NCBI GenBank assembly: GCA_040954595.2
Contig: CM082598.2
Location: 3,716,565 to 3,780,564 of the forward strand
Direction of reading: 5' to 3'
Source of the DNA: Balanoglossus misakiensis
Taxonomy: Eukaryota > Animalia > Hemichordata
DNA: 64,000 nucleotides
A program made the position numbers and the translations under genes. Below the pieces are notes generated by a model that worked only from the letters and a program-made list of their open reading frames with translations, searched no databases and was not told where the DNA came from. Each line of letters opens with the position of its first letter. Position 1 is the stretch's first letter. Below, piece after piece: positions 15,001-25,476 of this stretch.

Positions 15001-15627
15001 TAGCTAGCTCCGGTATTGTGACGTCGTACAATCGAGGCGGAACTCGGCACCATCCAAAAGTACCAACCGACCGACAGAGATTATTTTTGTGAACAAGTTT
15101 CTAACGGTTCGCCAATATTGACAAGCTTTCACCCACAATTGAATCGGGGTTCTTTGCAATCAAGCTAGCGTTATTTGAAAAGATAATTAGTGTCGGTGAC
15201 TGTTGTATATATGCGATACATATGTACAATGAGCGTCACCTAGTTGTCAAGAACGACCGTTTTTACTTTGATGGTATTTTTGATATATTGTGTTGGCTGT
15301 TCTAAATTGCAGTACAATGTGACATATTAGTGATAAACACACACTTGTTGCAAGATTAATGTGTTTGAACTTGAATCGGCGTGATGGATGGTAATGACAA
15401 TGCTAAGTGTCTGGATGGGCGACGAAAAGTTGAAAGTCCAGCCTCGTTCTGATGTGTCGTGACCGACCAGAAAGGTGGTTGTGTTTATATGCGTGTAATG
15501 AATTCAACTTAGGCGTGCATCGGTTCATTTTGAGTCGATTCCGTCGACAATGGGTTAATCTGTTAGTTTGTTGAACCAAAAACAAGTATTCAGTTGTCTT
15601 CTGGTTTGTTCCAGGTGACCGAGCGCC

Positions 15628-17244
15628 ATGACGGACGTGTTGGGGCACGGGCCAGTGGCCTACTATGAACAGCCGCTGCTGATAACCAGTCTCCGACCGG
15701 AGTCGGCTCGCTCGCTGCCGGTGACGAGCGAAGAACGGGAGTTCAGCGCCTCGTTCGAGCTGTGCATCGATGCCATCTCGACGGCCACCATGGACAGCGT
15801 TCGCTCGTACCCGACGCTGGCCGTGACGCGCAGCGACTCGGACGCCACCTCGCCGCTGCAGCACATCGTGGCCAAGCTGCAGCTCCGCCGCGAGATGCAG
15901 CAGCACCTGCGCCAGACGTCGCTGTACGAGCGCGTGCGGCTGCAGAAGCGCCACAAGCACGCCTGGAGGGACAAAAAGAACCCGGATCTGCAGAAGCCAG
16001 TCTGGCAGAGCAGAATAACCACCAACGAGTTCTCAAACGACGGCAAACCCGTGGAGTACGTGCACGCGCACGTTTTCCCGAAACCGACCAGTGGCGTGCG
16101 CAAGGGTTTCTGGAAGACGATGACGTCACCAACGCCGGGCGAACAGAATCTTAAGACGCAACAACGCAAGCAGTCCACCACGGTGTACAAAAGACAGTAT
16201 GACCCCGACAAAATGAACATGTCACACGTCATGAAGAAACTTCAGTTGAAAAACTGTCACAGCGCCAGGGAAGAGAGGGGGGAGACACTGGGCATCGATG
16301 TGCAAGATTTGGGAAGACAAAGCGCGCCGACAACCGGACGTGACGTCATCAGTGCGAGCGGACTGCCTCGCGAGAACGGAAACGACAACTGTCTAAACCC
16401 TTACGGACACGAATATAGAAACTCGTTGAACTATCGGCAACGATACCGAAATATGTTAATTGAAAAGGCGTTATCGGAACGAGCCAACCCGCTCTCCGGG
16501 CAAAAGCCACGCCAATATAAACTGCCGCTTTTGTCCGTGTCATCAGATGACGACAGGGAGGATGTTAAAGGGGATGAGGACCCGCATGCGCACGCGCATG
16601 CGCAGATCGATTTCAAAGGCTTGTGCAAGTCTGCCCGGCCAATTACCGACATCACCACTTCGAGAAGGACGCCTCGCGACGAGACCAAGCTGCAGATACA
16701 GAGCAGGTCATTGCAGCAGGACGAACAGCCGCTGTGGTCACGTGAGTACCACGTGCAAGGCGACAGGGACACGGTGACGACGGGGGGACGGTATAACACG
16801 ACCGGCAACCCGATGATCAAATACGACAGAATTCCAGCACAGCCGCAGCAGACGACGACGACGACGACCAAACAGCTACAAAGCAAGAAAATGGAAACTT
16901 CGGCGAACGAACAGAGCGTCTCGGTACAGCTTCTGAAGCCATTTGACAACGACGCCCAGAAATACGACTTGCTCTATCAGCAGACTTACAAGCTCGGATT
17001 ACGTCAACCTCCCGTGACGATGACGCGCCAGGGTTTGCTCACCAAGGAGATCGATTTGACGCGGACGCCCACAAACACTCCCGCACCCGAACCAACAGCA
17101 CACCCGGAAACACAAATCGACAATATCATCACTTCCGACCACCATCCGACATTTCACGACCGAAGCGAAAACAAGGACGCTTATCTCCTTGGAAACAGTG
17201 CACCTAAGACTAAAATCAAAGTATACCTGCCGACGGTGAAATAG
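15628..17244 (+). CDS. Orphan gene B, 538 aa, single coding exon
   Basis: Long ORF with a good Kozak context (cgccATGa), 13 nt after the acceptor ttctggtttgttccag|15615. An in-frame TGA at 15616 fixes the start. GC3-rich 5' part. AATAAA at 17752. Candidate 5' exon donors end at 7457, 12930 and 14870. No family recognised. Confidence 0.8.
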   Translation: MTDVLGHGPVAYYEQPLLITSLRPESARSLPVTSEEREFSASFELCIDAISTATMDSVRSYPTLAVTRSDSDATSPLQHIVAKLQLRREMQQHLRQTSLYERVRLQKRHKHAWRDKKNPDLQKPVWQSRITTNEFSNDGKPVEYVHAHVFPKPTSGVRKGFWKTMTSPTPGEQNLKTQQRKQSTTVYKRQYDPDKMNMSHVMKKLQLKNCHSAREERGETLGIDVQDLGRQSAPTTGRDVISASGLPRENGNDNCLNPYGHEYRNSLNYRQRYRNMLIEKALSERANPLSGQKPRQYKLPLLSVSSDDDREDVKGDEDPHAHAHAQIDFKGLCKSARPITDITTSRRTPRDETKLQIQSRSLQQDEQPLWSREYHVQGDRDTVTTGGRYNTTGNPMIKYDRIPAQPQQTTTTTTKQLQSKKMETSANEQSVSVQLLKPFDNDAQKYDLLYQQTYKLGLRQPPVTMTRQGLLTKEIDLTRTPTNTPAPEPTAHPETQIDNIITSDHHPTFHDRSENKDAYLLGNSAPKTKIKVYLPTVK

Positions 17245-19740
17245 TTTTTAGAGAAATTCCCCACAAATATTCTTGACATTGACATGCTGCAATATATGCC
17301 GGAACGACACGAGTAACAGTCGTATTTCAGTCCGCGACATTGACGGAACAGTGTGCAACTCTTTGTGAATCAAAGTGATCAGAAACATTAATTTACCTTT
17401 CCCTGCCATTAGATGTTGATAATGTAACATAAGTCAGAGCCAATACCTCTCTCCAAAATTCTTTCTTGCTTACATTGTGTCAAACTTGTCAAACGTCTAC
17501 GTTGACGCATGGACATGATTCAAGACTTGTTTATGCGCAGTTGTGCATGCTTTGAAATTTTCTGATACATCATCGACATAATGTTTTTTTTCTTTGCATA
17601 TTCCGAGACAAAATCCATTACAACCATGGTGACGAATTAGATTTAAATTATATGTAAGACTAAATTATGTGTAAGTTAGACATCAATTCAGTTAATTGCG
17701 TATTTTTTGAAAGTTTCTTCATGGAAAAAGTGTGTCCTCAGTTTCTGTGGAAATAAACATTGGAGCCAATCCGTCCAGTAACTCACAAACTTGTATCGCG
17801 TGGTGTTTTCTCACGAGAAGTGGCGATAAGTATTACTTCAAATCGTGACTTTCCATTTTCACGTAAAGGGACAAAGTTATTCTGGTTCAACTGGTTCAAC
17901 ACGACTCGACAAGCTCTCGAAGATAAAAATTCAAGGGAAGCCATCAAATGCCGGCCTTGACTGTACTGTCAACGTTATATCCACTGCCTATATTCAAGGA
18001 AATGCATTATTTTCAAATGAAAACACGATCAGTCCATTTATTTACAGTAATCGATGCTTCAAGAGGAAAAATATAACTGCAATCAATAGCTTTTGTTCGT
18101 TTTGTTAGCCTAATTTCAACTAATGTATCCGCTCACAAAAGACACAGTTGTGCGAAATAGAATCACAATATCTGTAATGTTGCTAGCATGCACCCATATA
18201 TGGGGTTTGATAAAATAAATTTGAAGAAAACGTGAAAGGATGTTTACTTTATCGATAGCTGTGAGAAACATCGTGCTTTAAACGTGTCTGACAAAACAAA
18301 GGAGTCCAATTTACTCTTTCTGCTATAATTTGTTTTATACGAGTCGATATTATATTCAATATGGTCTCCTTTTCTATTGAGTTTTATTTCGGAGAATAAC
18401 ACAAAACTTGACCAAGTCATGTTTAGCGTAGCGCAGCCAGCGGCGGACATGGGGTAGGCCACCAGACCATCATAGACAACATGACGAAGTGAATCAATTT
18501 TCTAACGTTGGGGGTGATGTACACATAGACTGAAAAGTTGACGGTGTCAGGACTGATCATATCTAATCGTGATAACCAAATGTATCTGAACGCGATTTAT
18601 CCTAATAAAGGATGTCGGGGGAGGGGGGGGTTAATTAACTCTAACATACTATTATTTAATCAAGAAATGATGCCGACTGAAGATAGGGCAATTAATGATT
18701 AATTTATTGGCAGACAGAAACTTCTGGACTATGACAACAGACCAAGTAAATTACCAGTAAACCACAATCTGACATTTCTTGATAATTACATTAAGATGAA
18801 GTTATCTCGTATTACCATTGCTTTTATGATGAATTACATACTCATCGCTCTAGCAAACATTATATTTACTCGTTACATTAAACGTTCAATGGGAACAAGC
18901 GAATGGTTTGAGGGATTGCATCGCATATACAAGTCCTACAGTCAAAACTTTTGCCAATATTTTTCCGGTAGTTTCAAGGTCGATACGAAGGTCGCGCGAG
19001 TTCACATCTTTTGCAAGACGACATGAATTATTGAACTATGTTTAAAATAGACAAGGGATAAATGAATTCTCTCCCGGGGAAATTGAACAGACGCCGTTAC
19101 GACCGAGCGAGCTTTCACAATACCGATGTAATTTACCCGTGCTCTGAAATACCGTATAAATTACCTTAGCCGGGTCATCATGAATAATGAAAAATATATG
19201 AAAAGGAAATATTGAGTTGAGTGAATGGTCTCCAATTGTGTTGATGCAGTCAATACTAGTATGTTTTTGTGTTGGTTAAGATCTTGTGGGGCCACACAAT
19301 GCATACGTCATCAGTTTTTGTGCAGTGAATATTCGCGTCTGGGGGCAGATTGAAGGCGGACAGACTCCTCGGCGTTACGCTGTTTGTTTGTTGATGGTTG
19401 TTAGCTTCAGAGCTGTTCCTGTTCGCCAATGGTCGGTTCCATTCAAGCTACAGGGTAGGTGCGTTTGCTTCAGAGGGGCTGTTTTAAGAACACACCTCTT
19501 TAAGAAATTAGGGTTTGGGTGCTGAAGATGACGGGCATACGTCTGGATTTTCGACACATCGGCTGCTCTTGATGATAATTGTAATGCGCGAAAATTATGA
19601 TGGATTATTCTGTACTTCCCTGTGGATAAATGGAACGCTCCACCCTGTATTTGCTGGAGCGGTATACAGACTTTGACTATGTTTTCTTCTGTGCGACAAG
19701 GCGGTCGCCCAAGATTCGCCCCAAACGCCGAAGACCCCCC

Positions 19741-19754
19741 GTTACCCTAGCAAC
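19741..19754 (+). promoter_or_regulatory. RFX X-box at a candidate first exon of gene C
   Basis: GTTACCCTAGCAAC lies ~40 bp upstream of the donor CAG|gtaggt at 19792. Confidence 0.5.
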
Positions 19755-20483
19755 GGAACTGGAGATGTTTCAACCACGCGACAAGCCAACAGGTAGGTAG
19801 GCCCGTCGCCCAGAATGACTGCCCGATGCAATCGATTATCGGATCGATCGGTGAGAGGGTTTGGCGGAACGAAACACATGATCGATATATCGTTTGGTCG
19901 TTTTATTCGTATATGGCTTCGGGCTACTGTATTAAGGTTTGGCAGCCACAGAATTTACTAGTTTGATCCAGGTTTAAGATCCCCTCCAGGACACAGCTCA
20001 GCGGGAACCGTGTTTCACATACACCTTTTTGGTGTCGGACCTCGGGGACAACCACATTCCAATGCGGTCCGATGGTCCCCCCTTCTCACGCGGCAGTCGT
20101 TACGGGAAATCTCTTGACCTTTAGCCGTTAAAACGCAGGACAACCGTTAAATTGAAGCGTAACAACGTCAACAGTTGGTAACCGCGTTGCCTGGGTCTCT
20201 CTCACTCTATCTGTCTGCATACCTGTCTCTCAATACCACCCCCACTACAGTCCCCCGCCCCTCTTGTCAAACCCCAGCGAAATCACACAACTTCGGAGAC
20301 CAATACTCAGAAAGACTCACACCTATGGATTGACAAACAGAATGAAGGCGGCGTTGCTGTTGTTAGCAAGCCGCCACGCGGCGCGTTTGATGACCGTAAT
20401 TAATTGAACCGGCCAACAGTCCCGCTATACGCCTTGTAATTCTTACGTGGCTAGCATGGGTAGTACAAGAGCGTGGTAAAATG

Positions 20484-20606
20484 CTAGCTGCAGCTCAGTA
20501 ACTCGAGGTTTTGCCTTGATGTGTGTGTGTTAGACGGGGGTGGGTCTGGTTTTGCCGTCTAACTCACAAACCAAGGCAAATCCTCGAGCTACTGAACTGC
20601 AGCTAG
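20484..20606. mobile_element. ~123-bp palindromic MITE with target-site duplication
   Basis: ctagctgcagctcagtaactcgagg...cctcgagctactgaactgcagctag, flanked by a perfect direct repeat gtaaaatg (20476-20483 and 20607-20614). Confidence 0.8.
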
Positions 20607-21857
20607 GTAAAATGCCTAGATGTCCACTACAGCTCAGAACGAATCACCGCGAATTGGTTGTATAAAGCTGGCCCCAGCGTTGAATCCAACATGCCCACCA
20701 GAACACGCAATATAATGTAACCAACAACACGTGCCTATAATATGAGGATCATTCATTACAATTATGTATAGAGATTAGAACTGACAAGCCAATTTGACAT
20801 TTAAGAAGTCAATATTTGACAACCGTTCGTAACAGATGATCGGTTACTCAAAACTACTAGCTAGCGCAATGGTATCTATGATGATCGGCTGACATTTCTT
20901 GAGTAAACGGGACGACGTCCAAAAATATCTGCCAAGTATACCCACGTCCTGGTCCCCTATGATGTGTGACTCTGTCCGTCACCCCCCCCCCCAATTTCCT
21001 CCAGTCCCTAATTGTAGTTATACGAGCTCCCTAATCTTGTTTCAACAGAACACTTGGAGACGAACACGCCTCTCATTATTCGGACAAGAAATAAGAGACC
21101 CGTGAGTGACGCAACTTTATAATTGTCCAATTCAAGTACCACCACCTTAACCACCCTCGACACCAAACACGCGCAGAAAAATTTGGAGCACTGGGTCGGT
21201 GGCTATATACCAGCCAGCGTCCAATTCCAAGCAAGGACGGTCAGTTTACTTAAAACAGCGCTACCGATTCAGCGTAGACGCCGAAATCAAATCGCCAGTC
21301 CCCAGGACAAATCCCTGTTTTAATAGCTAAATCAACTCGGCTCGGTGCAAAATTGAACCGTTGCATAACAAGCCGTTCACATAAACCCGTCGACAATGGC
21401 TCGCTGTGAAACGCATTGTTGGTTTGATCCGACTGAAATTAAATGAATTGCGAACATCAGGCTATCGATGGAGGTATTTAACTATGCGACTAGCGATTGC
21501 CGTGCACGGTTAATACATTCTCTAAGAATTCGGTAGTAAATCAAAACAGTCAGACAACAAGTGGTCTGATTGGCCGAAGTTCCTCCCCGAATCATTATAT
21601 GACGACGTCCAACCAATCATAACACGGCTTCTGACGGGCCCTTACAAGTGAAGGTAAACTAGTCGAAGGTATGTCCATAATATCCATGCACACTCTAATA
21701 TTCTGTCAAACCACAAGTCGTGCTAACTATTAAGCAAATACGACGGGTATGATTTTTTTGCAAGGACCCATATGCATTTTGTTGAACAACACGACATTTG
21801 GAAGGGACAACGTCGCTCACTTTTGGCATTATTTTTGTTTATTTTAGTGTTTTGACG

Positions 21858-21906
<49 letters not shown>
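21858..21906. repeat. (GTT)n microsatellite
   Basis: Direct reading of the sequence. Confidence 0.95.
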
Positions 21907-24900
21907 CAACTAAGAAACGCTTAATGATTGTCACAATTCAGCTTGTAACTCGAAAGTATGTGTACACGCGTGTACATAAAGTCGATACCAACATGATCTC
22001 GGAATCAGGTATTGAAAATCAAGAAACGTCGATTTTCTACAGAAAAATAAGACATGTTTAGAAATAAGTTGCAGTGTTCGACAGTAATCAATACCTCACA
22101 GCTGTTTTCGCAGAGAACTGAGTAAGCATAGAGCGGTTTAAATTGTGTCGTCCCATTGAAATTGTGCAGTTTTCAATACCGGGATCACAATTATTGAACT
22201 GAAAGCATTGAAGAATATACTTCATTGAGCGCCAAGGGAGTATTCGTCAGAAAACAGTCTAGAGATCGCGTCTTGTAGGGTACGTGAAAAATGCCACACC
22301 TGAGCGAAGCTTATCACGCTCACTTCAGCCACTCATCAAAACATCTGAACTACAAATGAAAATAAATGCGACTTCAATTGTGTTGTATTTGAAAAATCTG
22401 CGGGTCGTCCGTCTCTCCTGACGTTGCCAGGTGACACTGAACCGACGCCCTTACATATAAAGTGGAATTTGTCATACTCAGTTTATTTAAGATTTCATAT
22501 TGTCAACCTTATTATCAGGGGGTGGCTTGAGCAGTGGCTTTAGTGGACAGGGTCGAAGGACCCCCCCCCCCCCGTAATCGACAGGTAAGACAAAGTATGC
22601 CCGTTTATACAGTGCTAGACAGCGAGAGACAATGGCTGACCTAAATGCATTCACCGCACAAGGATTAACCTTACGAACGATAAATACACCTCTCTGTCAA
22701 AATGTTGTGCAACACTTGAAGAACTTCACCTATTTCCGCTGATTTTTTCCCCTTTATTTTTTGACCAAGTGGTCACCATTTTCAACTGTCTGCAGTTCTT
22801 GACCAAAATTTAAGAAAAAATACGGAAAAAGTTATGTGGGGTGAAATTTTTGAAAGATGACGACATGTTAACTTTGGCTCTGACCACTGGTCGTCGCGTT
22901 GCGAACGATAAACGTCAAGTATTGCCACGCGGCTCAACCAGCTTTATAAGTCAAGTGGCCAGTGTGGTCTACTAACCTGCCTAGCAACGGTCAACGACGA
23001 GGCAGTCAGTTTTTATAACCGGTAGCTTGGTTTGTCAAGCATTCTTATGGATTATTTGCACAGTGGTGCAGTCATTGTGCAGACTTCAGGCATGGCAAAC
23101 TCCAAGTGCGCGGAATGTCTATTCAAAATAGCGTAGAAGGTACAATTGACGGGGGTGACATGGAACAGACGACAAGAAGGATATCGTTTGGAAATCTTTA
23201 GTGTCCAAAATTACACGGTACCCCAGTCGAAGTCACAGAGCAGCGCAGAGAACGGCCGGGTATTGTATTCTGTCGTTTCGGTCAACACTGAATAGACAAT
23301 AAGTCCGTGTCGTATTACCAACAGAAGCCCAAAGTTTTTTTCAGAGATTCCTTTCAGGAACCCGGCGGTGAATTGAACTCGCCGCCTCGCTTCGTCGCAC
23401 CGCTTCTGTCCACGCTCGCGGCCGCGGGTCGAACGAACTTGGCAACTGTTACACTCACGCCAGTCATGCGTTTGTTCAACCGTGCGTCCAATCCAGACAC
23501 GGAATTAACCTAACCCTAAATTCAGTTCTCCGGCCTAAATTTCATCGACAGAAATTCTCGTCTGCAGATCTGTGCCCCCCTTCTCGTGCGCCGTGAGTAT
23601 CAAGTTTGTTTACCTATGGATAAGTACAAGTCATTGAATTGTTTTTAAAGCAAATGGCTGATGAAAATTCTTGCATTGGTGTACTTTTGGCATATATTTT
23701 GGTTATTTATATTCTGAAGGTTAAGGCTAACGCTACGCTGTTTTTAAGTATAAAGCAATACCACAACATGAACACGTACACCCAGATACGTTCTTGTCCG
23801 GTTTCCAATAGATAGACGTATTTCTGTAGACCAGTATTTAATTGTTATTTTTCTATGAAAAGCAACTTGTATACGTGAGTGATCATATCCTCTTGTAGAG
23901 ATCGTGGTCTTTAGAAAACGACAACGTCTGTCTTTAAAGGAACAAAGTTGCCGACTGTTAACGTAACCTTGGTCGGTTATACGCGTTTGTTTCCACTGTT
24001 GAAAATATGGTGGACCTTCGACTGGGCATAAAGGCTGGGATACAGTTAACTGAATCATTAAAATTTATATTGGACAATTGCAAGTCAGTCAATGCTTCAC
24101 GCTTACAATATGTTTTACATTCCCTGCTATGTTTAAACCAGACAAACACTTGTCAGAATAAGCATCAAGTTGAAACCGATCTCCTGACGACAATATAAAG
24201 ACGCAGCTTTGTTGCCATCGACAGAACGACAGCGGTGACAGATTCTCATAAACCAGTGAGACAATACAGCCTATTTCAAAAACTTTCCAAACGTGTAATT
24301 GTACGAGTCTTGTGGGACGTGTTCCACCGCCATCGAGAGGCAATAACCCCCGCGACGTCATGACCGACGTTCAAGAAGTCGTCTTGGACGCCTGTTTGCT
24401 CGGAAACCATTCTGAGCTATGTACAGTGTCCATTGGCATTGGGGAAGGGAGATAAGGCACACGAAGGGCTCAAACTTATCAGAAACCAGACCAGTCTTGA
24501 CAAGGATAGCCAAACGACTTCAACCCCACATGGTTGCTGGGACCAACAGACTCCTCAGTGGCACGCTTGCCATATATACACGCTCATATAAGCCGCACGT
24601 CACTGAAAGATAGAGACAGATATAGAATAACATAGGTACAATATATTCATCGAGCATTGGGATACTACCACAGAATGCGAACCCGGAGGTCAGTCTACAA
24701 GGGGGTCACTGTAGTTGTAAACTGTACATACACGTACGTAATCACGCTGTAGGTTTAGCAAAGCCTGTGTTCTGTTATTGTGTCCCCGTCAGCCGCGATT
24801 AGGGTACGCCAGTTGAATTCTTCAGCGACCCGTTCATGCTCCCGCAAGGTGTACAATACATGCAGCGTTGTCACATCTCCGATTGTTCCGCTATACAACT

Positions 24901-25476
24901 GGTATTTATTGTTGTGGGCGAGAGGTAGGGAGGGAATTCAAATTATCGAGACAACCCCCCGGCTCGGCCAACTGTGGAACTTCTATTTCGGGCACTGTGG
25001 TGGATGATTGACAAGGGTGTTGTCCGCCTTATGTAAGAGCTCCTGACCTCAGACAGTTGAATTACTGTACCTATAGTCCGCCTCGCGGTATCTGTGGTCG
25101 GATATAAGGTACTGTTTGGAAACATGAAAACACTGCGAGTGAATATTGCAGCTAACTTCAAAGTCTCTGTCGCCGTCTCTCTTGTGAAAAATGAAGAGTG
25201 CTTGTAAGAACTTCGTGAGCTTGGAACGTTTCTTGTGATTCACAGGAACCAGGAAAATTTGAACCACAAACGGTTTCGTGGCGTGAAGTGAATCTTGAGA
25301 TTGTGACATCCGGGTCACTGGCCAATCGCGTGTTTGACTAACTCCAATGGTTTAACAATGACAGATAGTTGTAATCTTTTTTTCCGAATATCTGACGATA
25401 TTCTGTTGTTGATTTTGCAGACTGAGACGATATTGGCCGAGGGTGCGGTAGCGTGGCTTCGACGCTCGGACTGACC

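Noticed and set aside
21798-22061. Poly-cysteine ORF
   Set aside because: It is a translation of the (GTT)n microsatellite.
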